DNA of 64,000 nucleotides from Phaeosaccion multiseriatum (GCA_965112735.1 OZ218956.1:2666001-2730000); one strand, 5' to 3'. Counted from the first letter of the stretch, positions 13,032-26,568 are shown. Notes: generated from the sequence alone by a model not told the origin. A program made the numbers and translations.

Positions 13032-13426
13032 CTGCCCAAGAGAGACACACAAGGAGTATAGCAATCAGCAAAGCGGTTTTCTCTGCTGCCAATGCAGAAC
13101 TCAGCGAGACTCGGGTGGGGGCGCCTCGGACGGGCTGCTTTTCGCACCCCTCCTCTTCTCTCTCTCCTCCAGCTGCTTCGCTACTCCCTTCGCTCTCAAG
13201 CAAACAAGCAGACCATCCACCACCCTTCTCAGCTCTCCTCAATCCCCTAATCCTTCCTTACCCCCTCACCTTCTCCGCAAACAAACAACTCTAGCACCTC
13301 TGCCAGCCAACAACAAAACCCCAGGGGGTTACTTCCTAATGAGTTTGGGCCAAAAGGAGAAGACCCAATCTTGCCTACTTGCCTCCAAACGGAGGACGTC
13401 CGGAGAAGAATAGCAGAGAAAGAGAA

Positions 13427-15427
13427 ATGGAGGATGCTGATGGGCAGCAGCAGGAGCAGGAGCATCTTGAGGGGAAGGAGGAGGTAAAGAAGCAGTGGGC
13501 GGAAGTCTGGAGCAAGCTCGAGCGCTTCAGCCATCGTTTGAGCAAGTTCTCGGGCAGCAGCTACATCCACCACCCTCCCAGTGATGACCCGTCCGCCCCC
13601 GACGACGAGGACAGCATCGTTCTGGAGCTGCTGGGTGAGGTGGACCTGCAGAAGCTCTTCGCCGCCGCCTATACCGCCCATGCGGACCCAGCCGAGAGCA
13701 GCAGGCAGCGGATGGTGGCTTCCACCCTCACGTCCGTCTTCGGCTCCCCAGCTTCGGCTCCCACCCTCCTAGCCTCGCTCGAGGCAGCCTCACTGGCCCT
13801 CGTGCACGGTCTTACGGCCCCCACTTTTCCTTCGCTCCGGCAACTCACCGCCAAGGTCCTCGTGGCGCTCACCAAGGCAAGCGCGACCCCCGCGGTTCTC
13901 CCCGGCGGCATGGAGGATGAGGAGGAGCGAGGGCTGCAGCAGGAGGTGTGCTGCCAGCTCTTGCAGCAGCCTCCTCTCCTGCGCGCTCTGGTGCATGCCG
14001 TACGAGACGAGAGCCTCGTCGTGTCACAGACTGCCGTGGACGTGTTGGTCGGGGGTGCGCAGGTGGTGAACCTGGGAGGAGCCGGGGGGGGCAACGATGG
14101 TAGCACACTACTGCAGGCCATCATGGAGGAGATTCGAAGTGCAGTGGCCGCTGCGCAGAGCGGGGAGGAGGAGAGTGGGGGCGACGCTGCTACCGCCGCT
14201 GCTTCCGCTGCTGTAGCATGGGACGGCACCTTTGCCCTACGATACGCGGAGGCGGTGGTCAGACTCTGCGCCACAGGGGAAGCCGCGACACGCGTGGGCA
14301 AGAGCAGTGGAGCCGTGCACGAGGTTCTGCTACCACTGCTGCGGACGGACGATGTGCTGCTCAAGCTCAACGCGCTGGAGCTGTTGGAGCACCTGTGTGC
14401 CACCAAGGAGGGGGTGGCCTTGCTCTTCCAAGAGGGGCATGTGGAGGCCCTCCTGCAGCTCGTGGGAGGAGGAGGAGGAGGAGGAGACGAGGGTGGGGAA
14501 GAGGAGGAGGGCGTAGGTGGCGACCCTTTGTTGGGCGGAAGCGCTTTGCGAGTCATCGGCGCCATCTATGCCCGTGCGGCCCAAACCCACGCAGCAGCAG
14601 CAGCAGCAGCAGCAAGCAGCCCCACTCCCTCCTCTTCGTCTTCTTCCTCCTCCTCCTTTGACTGGGCAGCCCTTGACCCATCGCTGGCACGGCGCTTTCT
14701 CCGGGCGTCTCTCCGGTTGGTGGCAGGGGCCGATGGAGCGGGGAAGGAGTCAGCGAAGCTGGCCGCTCTGGACGCCGTGGCGACGTTTGCAGGGAGTTCG
14801 ACCACGGCCCTGCGCACCGTACTTTCGGACGAGGCCAAGGGGGGGGGGAGGTCCCTATGCGATTCTTGGCTCAACCTTCGCAAGATGCACAAGCCTGAGA
14901 TCAAGGCGGCGGCGCTACACAGCGTGGCCAGAGTGCTTGGATGTCCACCTATCCACGTAGAGGACAGCGGCAGCAGTGGGAGCAGTGGCAGCGGTGCAGG
15001 AGGAGAAGGGGCGGGACACGTTTCGGCGGAGCTGTCCCAGCTCCGACGGCAGCTCTTCGACGCCGTAGGCGCGCTCAACGGCCTGTCCTCCACGATGGAC
15101 CTGGTGATGCAGTTGCTGTCTCAGGACCCCCTCCCCGAGCTACGCTACGCCGCCTACGACCTCTGTCGCTGCGCCGCGTGGCAGAGGGGGGCGTGGGGTC
15201 TGCGTGCTCTGTACGGGCATGCCGCTTGGAAACCCTATCTGGAGAACCGATCAACGGAGACGACCAAGGCGGGCCGCGAGTGGAAGTTCAGCGTCATCGA
15301 GGCGGTGATGGCCTGCAGCGAGAGACACGCTGTGCTGGACGCCTCGGGCTTGCAGGAGGTGGATGTGATGCTCCGACAGGGGCCTTTTTACGTGCCCAAG
15401 CAGCAGCATGATGTGGAGGTGGTGTAA
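13427..15427 (+). CDS. PSMD5: 26S proteasome assembly chaperone PSMD5/Hsm3-like, single exon
   Basis: HEAT/ARM-like helical protein with DDVLLKLNALELL, QDPLPELRYAAY, YLENRSTETTKAGREWKFSVI and a C-terminal LRQGPFYV, which are typical of PSMD5. Confidence 0.82.
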   Translation: MEDADGQQQEQEHLEGKEEVKKQWAEVWSKLERFSHRLSKFSGSSYIHHPPSDDPSAPDDEDSIVLELLGEVDLQKLFAAAYTAHADPAESSRQRMVASTLTSVFGSPASAPTLLASLEAASLALVHGLTAPTFPSLRQLTAKVLVALTKASATPAVLPGGMEDEEERGLQQEVCCQLLQQPPLLRALVHAVRDESLVVSQTAVDVLVGGAQVVNLGGAGGGNDGSTLLQAIMEEIRSAVAAAQSGEEESGGDAATAAASAAVAWDGTFALRYAEAVVRLCATGEAATRVGKSSGAVHEVLLPLLRTDDVLLKLNALELLEHLCATKEGVALLFQEGHVEALLQLVGGGGGGGDEGGEEEEGVGGDPLLGGSALRVIGAIYARAAQTHAAAAAAAASSPTPSSSSSSSSSFDWAALDPSLARRFLRASLRLVAGADGAGKESAKLAALDAVATFAGSSTTALRTVLSDEAKGGGRSLCDSWLNLRKMHKPEIKAAALHSVARVLGCPPIHVEDSGSSGSSGSGAGGEGAGHVSAELSQLRRQLFDAVGALNGLSSTMDLVMQLLSQDPLPELRYAAYDLCRCAAWQRGAWGLRALYGHAAWKPYLENRSTETTKAGREWKFSVIEAVMACSERHAVLDASGLQEVDVMLRQGPFYVPKQQHDVEVV

Positions 15428-15709
15428 GTGTGTGTAAGTACAGTTACACTAGGTACGCCATTAGCAGCTGCAAACGAGCTTGAGAGCCGACCGACCGGGC
15501 GTGTGGTGGTGCATGCTCCAACAGGAGGAACAAGACTCCGCCTGCACCAGCAGCAGTGACTTCCGAGCCCCGAGCTCTGAGCAATGCGCTGGACAGGAGA
15601 GGGAGACGGAGATGGTGGTGGGGAGACTTGCTTTGCCTCCAAACAATGTGGAGCATCCCGAGCAGTGTTCGCAGCGGTGTGGATGCCGAGAAGCGGCCAC
15701 GGAGAGCGT

Positions 15710-15845
15710 GACCTGCTTGACCTGTTGTTGACCTGATGTTGGCCTGCTGTTGACCTGTTGTGGACATGTTGTATTGGACTTGCTGTTGTCGGCCTGTTGT
15801 GAACCTGGCGTGTGTTGTGGACCTGTTGTGGACCTGTAGTGGATA
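15710..15845. repeat. Degenerate tandem array of ~11-bp GACCTGTTGT(T/G) units
   Basis: About ten imperfect copies, read directly. Confidence 0.8.
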
Positions 15846-17672
15846 TTCCACGAGATGCCCGAGCAGGCAACTGGGCCTCTGGACCTCCGTCTGGGTCTGG
15901 GCCTCCCTCCGTCCACTTTCCGACTCCGTCGTACGTACGCCTTCGACCAGCGTGGCCTGACTGTCCCCCCCTGTGTGGCCTGACTACATCTACCGCCAGA
16001 GCAACTGGAGCGCTACCACCCCCCACGTTGTGGACTGGACGCCACCCATGATGCTCTCCTTCTCCGCCAACGACCGACCAAGGCGAGGAGGAGTGGGGCG
16101 GCGTGCTGGGAGAAGCCCAGACACAGAGGGGAATGGCGGAAGGCTATGTGATCGAGGTGTGAGGCTGTGCTACTGAGACTTCCGTTGAGCACGGGCCTTG
16201 GCGGGCTTGCCTCTGGTACGGTAGCCCCAAGGTTCCATGCTTAGACTTACTTGCCTTTCGTGATCGATTGATTCCACGACCCAGTTTCGATCCGCACTAA
16301 TATATCGAGCATCCCGAAAGTCAGTGTCACGTGGTTTCTGCGGCTGCTGCCTCAAACCAACCAGGCCTCAAACCTTCAGAAGGACGCGTCCTAGTCCCCC
16401 CCTCCGTGTCTGAATCATGCTACTACTTCGAACTATCTGCCTGAACTGTGTAGTGTAGGCCCCCTCGACCTCCCTCTCTGCGCACCGGGGCGGTAGCTAA
16501 GGGGTGCAATAGGGTGGGAGTATGTGTGTGTGTGTCTGTCTTTTCTGCAGACCGCCGCCATGGAGCAGCAGCCGTATGGCGACGACCACCCAAAACCCAA
16601 AAGAGAACCAACAGCTGTATGTAATTATGTAATTTGATTCATGTTCTCGTATTATGAGAGAGAGCGCGTGCATCATCACACGTTATTAGTCCATCTGACC
16701 AGCTCGTTGCTTTCTCTCCAACTCACCCCCCCTCCAATATACTTACTTGCTGTTTGTTTCTCCTTTGGTCCACCCCCCAACCCCGAGGGAAATACATGGT
16801 GTGTGATGGCGTGATGTGCCAGCCTCTCATCATCATCATCATCACCATCATCCATCAGGCTGTCGTCTCTGTTCTCGCCCCCCTTGGTGGGACGCCCTTC
16901 TCCTTCCAGACAGAACTGACGCTCGGAATGCCGTTGGTGAGTGGAGGTGTGAGCACACACCAGCCTCCCCACCTCCACCCACCCACCCACCCACCCACAC
17001 ACGCAACAGACCCAAGAACCCGCTCTCTCTTGCCACAAAGGGCGTATCCCTTGCACGGGACACGCATCACTTTTGTTTGTTGTTTGCAAAGGACGCCCTT
17101 TTGTTTGCTTGCGGCGCTCTCTGGCCTCCCTTCCCTTCTCTCCCTCCATAGGCTGGACCGCAGCCAACCACCACCGTACCTGTCCTTTAGGTCGCTACAA
17201 GTAGTGCTTCAATGACAGTACTCCAAACTACTCCCACACTCCTTTCCTCTCCCCACACCCACACCACCCCATACACAACCAACACAATACATGATCTATG
17301 TACATGTAATACACATTCGACAACCGTTGCTCCAGAGCACATGGTGTCCCGAACCCTTTCGCCCCCGCCCTCCCCTCCCCTCCCCCCTTGGTATCAAAAT
17401 TGTTGCCCTCGCCGAGAACGCTGCGTTGTTTTGGGTCTCGACACGAAACGCTCGAGAGACCCAAAACCAACCCCATTTCCCACCCCCACCCCTCCACCTG
17501 TTATCAAAATTGTTGCCCTCGCCGAGCAGGCTGCTTGTGTTTTGGTCTCCCCGCCCCTCCCCTCCCATCCAACACTTCCACTTGAGGGTCCAGCCGCCGA
17601 GTGTGTAAAATCGAAATGAAGCGAATGCTGCGCAACGCCCCCTTAAAGTGGTCAAGGCCAAGAAAGGGTTGG

Positions 17673-17864
17673 TTAGGCATCGGAGACCATGCTCTCCTTC
17701 TTCTTCTCCTCCTTCTGGGGCTGCTGCTGAGGCTGCTGTACAACATCCCCTAAGGTTGTAAAGTCCAAGAGAGAGGGTAAATCAGCATCCGAGAGCGCAC
17801 CCCCCTCCTCCTCCTCCTCCTCCTCCTCCTCCTCCTCGTTCTTCTTCTTCTTCTTGTTGTTGTT

Positions 17865-17897
<33 letters not shown>

Positions 17898-20717
17898 CCT
17901 CTGCGGCAGCTGCTGCTGAGCCTGTTGGTTCTCCACATCCACATGGGGCTGCTCTATCTGAGGCTGCTGTCCGTCGATAATCTGGCCAATCACATGGTCG
18001 GCAGGCATAAACGACAAGGCCGTGCTCAGCGTCACCACGGACTCCACCACCTCGGCAGGGGTGTCAGCAAGCACCTCTTCGCATGTGCGGGGCTCTCTGC
18101 GCAGCATACTGTCGTAGGCAGCGGCCTCTCGCGACCCCAGCACGTTGACGATGTCATTGCGAATTCGGACGAGGAAGGCCGTGACCACCGTCCTTCTGAC
18201 GTTATACTCTCCCGTGAAGGGGTTGGTGAGGTCCAGCATGAAGGACAGGAGCACGGTGTACGCACCCACCAGCATGGTGAATAGGATCTGGGACTCTAGC
18301 GCGACTGTCGTGGACCCGCTTCCGGCAGAGGTTAGGGTGAAGCCCACCAGCAACAAGCCGGTGAGAGTGCCGATGATGGCATAGTGCGCAGGGGGAAGTA
18401 AGGCCCCTTCCGAGCTCAGCCTCTGCGTGCGGAGAGAGCTTACCTCGCCGACCAAGCCCCGCAGGAAATTGAGTTCGTCTCTGTGGATGTTGGGCTGTTT
18501 TGGTGGGCAGGTAGGTATGTAGGTGGGTAGGTGGGTAGGTGGGTAGGGAGTCGAGAGCAATGGAGTGGGAGGGGATGCAAAATGAAGGGGCAGAGGCGGA
18601 CAGAGGCGAGCAGAGGCGAGCCATCGGTAGTCAGGAGGTGCTGAACGAAGAGGAAAAGGAAAGCGAACGACAAGCAATGGCCACATGACAAGGAGATGAA
18701 TTGCCTGGTACCCGTGCCTGCCTTTACCTTGGAATTGTGTGCCTGCGTGCTGAGCTCGTCTTCGTCTACTCCGCTGATCATGCGCTGCAGTTCCTCAAGG
18801 GGGTCCGATTGAACCGTTCGAAGAATCTCCGCAAATCTGGGGGCACGCAGATCAGCAACGCACATATGAAGGGTTAAGATGAATGGCATGGATAGATATT
18901 GTCACGTCACTCCATCCCGCGTCTCTGCCTCTCCTCCCCTCCCCCCCCCCCGCCTCTTGCTCACCTTCCGAGCCAGATGAGGGTGTCTGTGTGCCGCCAG
19001 ATGCTGAGTGGGTGTGTGGGTGTGTGTGGGTGTGTGGGGGGGGGTAGGTATGCGATTGGGTGAGTCAAGGGCAGAGGACAGAGGGGTGAGGGCAGAGAAT
19101 GTAGCTCAAATAGGCCAGAGAGACAAGAATACGTCTACTATGACTCTTCAGCCTCCCTCATTCGCTTCTCTTGCCTTTTTATATCTGTACAACTGTACCC
19201 GTCAAGTATTGTGTCACCAACTGCCTCACCTCTTCATGGCCTTTTCCTGCCGCACAGTGTCGTACTTCCACAGGTCCTGAAGGTGCATGGACAAAGAAGA
19301 AAGTAGCGCAACCTCCTTGTTGACAAGCTCCTCAATGCGGTTCTGTCGGCCGATGAGCAGACTAATGGTGTAACTGAAGAGGGTGCCGAAGAGGAGGGAG
19401 ATGCCGGGCAGGAAGCTCCCTGTGAGGCCGTCTTTCACCTCCGATCCGAAGGCCTGCGCGTCGGGAGAGGTCAGCAGGAAGAGTCGCACCGTCTGGGGGG
19501 GAGGGGGAGGGGACGACAATGGTAATAGATGTGTAGGGTTGGTAGGGGCAAAGAAGCCCAAGACGACACAGTGTATGTTTCACAAGGAGGTAGGGAGGAG
19601 AGGGGAGAGGAGGGGGAGGGGAGGGGAGGAGGAAAAAGGGGAGGGCAGGGGAAGGGGTTAATGCAGGGTGTTGCGTTTGTCTTGTGTGAACCATACAACA
19701 CCCCCCAGTCTCAGGCCCATACAGTGCTGTATGACCAACTGCTGTTGCCGCCGCTGCTGCTGCTACTGCTACGTGCCCTCGACTTACTTGGACGATGACG
19801 GGGAAGGCCTCAAACGCAAGTACCAGGGCAGCCACTTTGATGACAATCTCGGCTGACGGGAGGCAGACACGACACACAGCGCAGCGGAGGGGAGGGGAAA
19901 GGAGGGGAGGGGGGAGGTGAGGCGAGGGGAGGGAAGGGGTACAGGAGGGACGCAGGGGAAGACTTTTAAGGTGCAGTCGTCAAGAAAGTCTGCTGGCGGC
20001 CAACACAAGGCCCACAGACCAGTGGAGCCATCGAATCCTCCTCCTCCTCCTCCTCCTCCTCCTCCTCCTCCCCCCGCTCCTCTTCCTTCCAGTGTGCACA
20101 CATACCGACATTGGCCGGGGCAAACCCTCCTGTCTTGAGATCTGAAAAGACTAACGCGTCTTTAATGTCGCTCGTGTTGCTCAGGGAGCTGCAATCAGGA
20201 CAAACAAAGGGGCCAAGAGAAGGGCAGGACAAGGAGTGGACGAGAGGGGGGCGGGAGGGCAGGGAGGCGGCATGTTAAGGACAAATCGAGGTGCCGTAGT
20301 GGTGTAAGACACGCAAAAGAAGTGAGAGGGGAGTCCCCCCGCCTGTCTGTCTGCTGTACACTCTCCCCCCCTTCTCCTTTGTCCTCCGCACCTTATGCTG
20401 TGGAAAAGTCTTCGATCTGAAGCGTAGGTCCGCTTAGGAAGACGCGATCTCTCAATGTTCGACTGATTGAAAATCATGCTCAAGCCACCCTGCCTCTCCG
20501 CACCAGGGTGGCGGGAGAGAGCAGCCTCCAGGACACTTCCCGCCGAGGCGGGCCAAGAACAGGTCGTCGTTCCGTAGTACCTTGCTCCTCCTGCTCTTGC
20601 TGCTGCTCTCATACTAGGCAAGGACGTGAAAGCCGCCACGTACGGATGGAAAACGGCAAACACTGCTGCTACAGCTGCTACTCCTGCTGCTCCTCCGCAA
20701 TACAAGGGGCGCTTCAT
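17673..20717 (-). CDS. DUF4239-family (bestrophin-like) multi-pass membrane protein with a bipartite plastid-targeting leader, multi-exon
   Basis: Leader MKRPLYCGGAAGVAAVAAVFAVFHPYVAA-FTSLPS. Family-like motifs FLPGISLLFGTLFSYTISLLIGRQ..IEELVNKE, LRTQRLS, LPPAHYAII and FMLDLTNPFTGEYNV. Confidence 0.72.
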
Positions 20718-21815
20718 TCTTCCCATCGACGATACGCTCGATTCCCGCCCCACCAGGCGAAGGGAAGGGGGCAAGGCAGAGGACGAGGCGCTGGTGCAAA
20801 AGAAAATCACCCACAGCAGGGGGCTCCGTTATTGCTGTGCTGCTCTGTTCTTCCTTTCCTCGGTTTTTTTTTTCTCTCACTGCATAACTGTATGACACAC
20901 CCAGGTTGAAAAAGCCCCTTCCTGGCGCTTTGAAAGGAAGTATTGATCTCTCCCTCAAAGCAAGAGGAACTGAAAACGCTCTCTTCCTATCTGGTGCTAA
21001 CGCGCGCGTAAAGCAGACGTCCACAGCGTAAAGCAGACGTCCACAGAAAGGTGGAAAAATTGGAAGGGGGAGGGGCAGTTGGAAGTGGGGGGGGGGGGGT
21101 AATTGAAATTCCAGGAGTTTCAGTTTGCGGAGACCGTTCCTAGACCTTTAAAACGCCACAAAACGAGTCCCACTGCCCACTCATGGGTACCTTCAGCGCC
21201 CTCCTCCTCCATACGTGGCCAAAAGTACCGTGTATAAATGTGTCGTATAAACTGTGTAAGCGCCCTTGGCAAGCGCTCTCCTCTCGACCCACCCCTTCCA
21301 TGTTCCACGCCCCCCCCCCGCCCCCTTCCTCCTCCGTCATCCTCAGGCGCGAGGGAGGACAGAAGCAGCGCCTTCCTCCAGTGTACGGAGAGCGGGGTGG
21401 GGGGACGGAGCCCTGCCCCTTCTGTTACTGCTCTATCCCTCCTCCTCCTCCTCCTCCTCCTCCTCCTCCTCCTCCTCTCTTCCTCCTGCTACTGCTCCTG
21501 CTGCTGCTGCTGCTGCTGCCCCTCCTGCTCCTGCTCCTGCTCCTGCTTCTGCTTCTGCTCCTCCTCCTCCCTCCTCCTCCTCCTCCTCCTCCTCCCTCCT
21601 GCTGCTACATCAATCAACCCCCAGCTCTGTTCCTCAACTTTACCCAACCAACCAGCCCCAATGCCTCTCTTCTCGTACCTCAATCCCTCACTTCTATTCG
21701 TTGCTCTTGTTCTTGTTGACTCCCAATCCCTCTCCACTCTCGCCTATTTGTTGTTCTTGATGATTCCCATACTCCCTCTGCCCTCTTCTCCCTCCCCCTC
21801 CTCACCCTCTCTCCT

Positions 21816-24009
21816 CTACTTGTTGATCCTCTCCTCGATAGCCTTCCACATGACTGAGAACATAATGCCCTGCAACCCGTTTGACATAATCTTGGTCTTG
21901 AGTCCTCTGCCGAACAGTCCCATCACTCCGTCCTTCGCTATCACCTCCTGCGCGGCCTTTACGTAGGACATGCCCGCGTCCGAGTTTGACTGTGAGGGAA
22001 GGAAGAAGGGGGAACAAGAAGAGGGGAGGAGGAGGAAGGAGGAGGGGCAGGAGAAGGGGTAGGCGAGGGGCAGGAGAAGGGGGGGTGGGGTAAGGTGGTG
22101 CTGTACTACTTGGCCTGCACTTTACACCCTGGCTTCCCCCTATGCCTCTAAAACCCCTCTGTAGATTCGTGCTTCGCTGCTCTGTGCAGTACGGTGCCGT
22201 ACCACCAACTGCTGCTGCTTCTTTGGGGGGGGCCTACCTGCTTGTACACCTTGACAACTCGGATGCTGTTGGAGCACGTATCAGACACCAGCGATGCGCA
22301 GAAGCCGATGCCCGCGTTGCGTCCGAGCTTGGCGATGGTGGTGTCTTGCTGAGGAATCTTAGCCTGTTCTCATTTCATTGAGAGATTGATGGGAGTAATG
22401 GAGTCGAAAGGGGTTGGGTTGACACACGAGGTTGACGACGAAAAGGGGAAGGGTGGAGGGCGTGAGGACAGTGTGTGCGTGGGGGGGTGATGGGTCGTGA
22501 AAGACGGATCGACAATGGGCAGGCACAACCGTCGAAAGGAAGCGGCAGTTGTTTGGACTATTGGTGGCTCCAGTCTCGGGAGGAAGGCACCTTCCCACGA
22601 GAAAGACGAACTGGGGATAGCTCCACCATCTCCCCCCCTCACCGCCTTCCTCTCTGCAGCTCACTCCTTCCCTCCTCCTTCTCCCCTCCCAGCGCTTCCT
22701 CTCTGCAGCTCTCTCCTCTCATCTCCCTCGCGATGCTTGTCTCTGCTCTCCTCTCCTCTCTCTCCCGAAGAGTCGGCCCTTTCTGCCTCCTCCCTTTCCC
22801 TTCTTGCTCTCCCTCTCTCTAACCTGGAGGTAGTTGAAGGTTGTGAACCAGGGGTAGTGCCCCACCATGGTCGCTGTGCAGGCCCCCAAAGCCCCGTGGT
22901 ACAGCACCTTGGCCCCCCCCTTCTTGAGCTTGGCACCCAAGATGCTCATGCCCTTGCTGCCCTCCACCTGTAGTGGGATGAGGGGGTGAGGGAATGATGA
23001 GTGATTGATGTCAGTCAGTCAGTCAGTGAGGAAGTGGGTGGGTGAGTGGGTGGATGAGTGAGGGAGGGAGGGAGTCGGTGGGTGGGTGGGTGAGTTGGTG
23101 GGTGAGTGGGTGAGTGAGTGGTGAGTGGGTGAGTGAGTGCATGCGTGAGAGCCCATTCGTCTGATAATCCTATGTCCACACACCCCTGACAGTCTAACCT
23201 CCTCCTCCTCCCTTTCCCATTACCTGCATGATGGTTTTGCACGTGTCCACCGGCATGAGGAATATCCTCCACACCGAGGCCGCTGCTGAGGCCGCTACAG
23301 TCTTGAGCACTGGGGACAAGTCCTTGGTGGAGTCGTAGGACTCGAGCAGTGCCAGGACACCCGTGTTGGCTGCAGGAAAAGAGAGAGAGACAGAGAGAGA
23401 GCGAGAGGAAGGATGGAGGTGTGGGCTTGTCATGCCATCTGCCTCGGGAGTTGGCCATCTGACTGACCCTGCTGAAACGTCCATCAGTAGAGCAATTAAG
23501 GTCGTGTTTGGGGGTGCGCACCTGCAGTGTCACCGAAGCGTGACATCGGGCCCTGCACTAGAGCAGGCAGCACCCCCCTGTAGAACCTCGGGATGCCGCC
23601 CTGGGCATAGAGCGTCCTGTACGGCGAGGGCAATGAGCATGTATACGGAAAGGGACGAACGAGACAGAGAGCCAGGTAGAAACAAAGCCATGAGCAACTC
23701 AGAACCGGTCTCTCCTCAAGTCCCTCTAAACCTCCTAATATCCCATCTTTCCTTTCCCACAACGAAGGTACGAAAAGCCCGGTTCGCCTTCCGCACACAG
23801 CTGCAGCCAACTGACCTGAACGCCTCCATCGTGCTGGTTCCGTGCCTGTACTGGTAGTTGATGGTGGTTCTCATCCACATCAAACTACCCACGTTTATAA
23901 ACATCGCCAAAGCACCTGCCATGCCTCCTCCCAGGGCCCTCTTGAGACTCTTATCCAGGATCTCCTGGGTGGTCGGCGCCTTCTTTGCTTCCCGTGGAGA
24001 GTCCGCCAT
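21816..24009 (-). CDS. Mitochondrial carrier (SLC25-like) family protein, about 6 exons
   Basis: [77 protein letters not shown] and [21 protein letters not shown] stop at 21816-21818. Confidence 0.9.
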
Positions 24010-25256
24010 GGTGCTCAGCGGGTCGACAGACCGCCCTTACGGGACCTCGCTCGTTCGCCGTTTGCTGACGTGCGTCAAGAAAACTTGGCTAAAGAACAAA
24101 AGAACAAAAACCAGGCTTGCAATTGCGTCTGTGCGTCTGCTATGAGATAAGGCGGACAGCACGGAAGAGGCGGGGCGGGAGGGGAAGGCAGATTAACGAA
24201 AGAGAGCTGCCTGGACCTCTCTACTATCCAGCCGATAAAGTGCGCCCGAGAAAAAGAAAAAGTTTCCGTTTGGGCTCAGGGCACCCCCCTGGGAATATCT
24301 TTCTGTAACTGTGGATTTTCCTATGTTGCCCTCAAGACGTCGGATGGGCGTCGTGACCAGCCTGCAGGAGGGGAGGGCCCTTTGCTTGTTCGAAAGAAGC
24401 GGCGCCGCCCCTCCTGCAGTTCTCTCAATCCATTACCTCTTGCCGCTGGTCGACTCCTGACTCCTCGATCCTTCGACAGGCGCTCAGGCACACGCCTCTA
24501 CGCAGGTAGGTCTCGATGGTGTTTGGCTGGAGCGGATAGTCTGCCCTGCTAGCTTGCTTGTAGTGTTTGCTGTTGAGGTACGCTCTGCTGTCGCGCCTTC
24601 TGGCTTGCGGCTCTCTCAATCCATCAATCCGTTCTGCCTCCTTCTTCCCCTGCCCATGCTCAATGCCTTCTTTCCTCGCTCTTCGCTCCTTCATCAGGTA
24701 CCAACCACCGCCCCCGATGCCTCTGCTTCAAGACTCGACGAAGAGGAGAGGCTCCAAAACTCCGGCTGCTGCGAACAAGAGAACCCCCAAGACTGAGAGG
24801 GGTAGCGGCCCCAGCAGGCCTCTCAGCCCCAGCAGCAGGTCTGCGCAGAGGACCTTCGCGTCCTCGCCCCGCCTGGTGACCTTCCCCTCCTCTCCATGCC
24901 TCGCGCTGGAGATTTCCCCCTCTTTGCACAGCAACCGCGACGATGAAGCGGAGAAAGAGCTGGGGTGGATCCCAGCTGCGTATCAGACGTCTGCGCTGGC
25001 AAGGGTGCAGTACGTTGTTCATGGTGCGTTTGCGTGTGCGCATGCGTGTACGCGTGTGTGTATTTGCGTGTGTGTGTGCGCGCGTAAACATGTGTGTGTG
25101 CATGTGTTATAAGTATGTGTGGGGTGCGTGTGTGCGCTGCTTGCCTAGAGTGAGGGACGTCGGCTCCACACAAGGTGTAAGGTGTACAACAGACCTCCCG
25201 CCCCCGCCCCTATTCCCCCACGCCATGCCCCATGCCCTCCATATATGTGCGCACAG

Positions 25257-25615
25257 TCGCGAAGATGATGGTGTTTGGGACCTGGATGCATTGCGGGCTC
25301 GAGGCATCGGCCGTGTCCGGAGAGGACACTGCCGCAAGGCTGCTTTCGCAGTGGGCTACAGTGGGCGTAGTGTCGGCCTTGATGATGAGCTTCACAACAG
25401 CATCCTACGACACTGTGCCTTCTTCTCTGCAAAACCCATCACTCAGCCTCCCCTACGGAATTGAAATCGATGGCATCAACACGAACGCCGCCTTGCTCTC
25501 AGTTAGCTGCGTCCTCTTTCTGACGTCAGTCCTGGCTGCGGTTCTCCTTTCCATGGGCATCAACTCCATTAACCTCTCCTTCACCGGAGAATTTGTTAGA
25601 CAATTCAAGGTGAGC

Positions 25616-25688
<73 letters not shown>

Positions 25689-25865
25689 GGCAATGACCAC
25701 CCGACTCGAGATGTCAACGAATGGCCCTATCCATACGCCTCGGTTCGGTGCGCATCTCACGGCTTCTTTCTTTCTCTTTCTCTCTCTCGCGACCACCCTC
25801 TGACCCCCCTTTCTTCTTCTATCCCCCCCCCTACCGGAGAATTTGTTAGACAATTCAAGGTGAGC

Positions 25866-25946
<81 letters not shown>

Positions 25947-26098
25947 GGCAATGACCACCCGACTCGAGATGTCAACGAATGGCCCTATCCATACGCCTCG
26001 GTTCGGTGCGCATCTCACGGCTTCTTTCTTTCTCTTTCTCTCTCTCGCGACCACCCTCTGACCCCCCTTTCTTCTTCTATCCCCCCCCCGTATCCTGG

Positions 26099-26171
<73 letters not shown>

Positions 26172-26286
26172 CCCCCCCCCCCTTCCCCCAAAACGCGACC
26201 CCCCTTTCTTCTTCTATCCCCCCCCCGTATCCTGGCCTCCCCCCCCCCCCTTCCCCCACGCACGCACACACACACATCCACACATC

Positions 26287-26332
<46 letters not shown>

Positions 26333-26519
26333 ACCCGACTCACAACGAATCTATCCATACGCCTCGGTTCGGTGCGCGGCTTCTTTCTTTCTCTTTCTCT
26401 CTCTCGCGACCACCCTCTGACCCCCCTTTCTTCTTCTATCCCCCCCCCGTATCCTGGCCTCCCCCCCCCCCCTTCCCCCAAAACGCGCACACGCACGCAC
26501 ACACACACATCCACACATC

Positions 26520-26568
<49 letters not shown>

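Noticed and set aside
21006-21046. 20-bp tandem duplication GCGTAAAGCAGACGTCCACA upstream of the DUF4239 gene
   Set aside because: It is real, but a simple slippage duplication explains it and there is no evidence of function.
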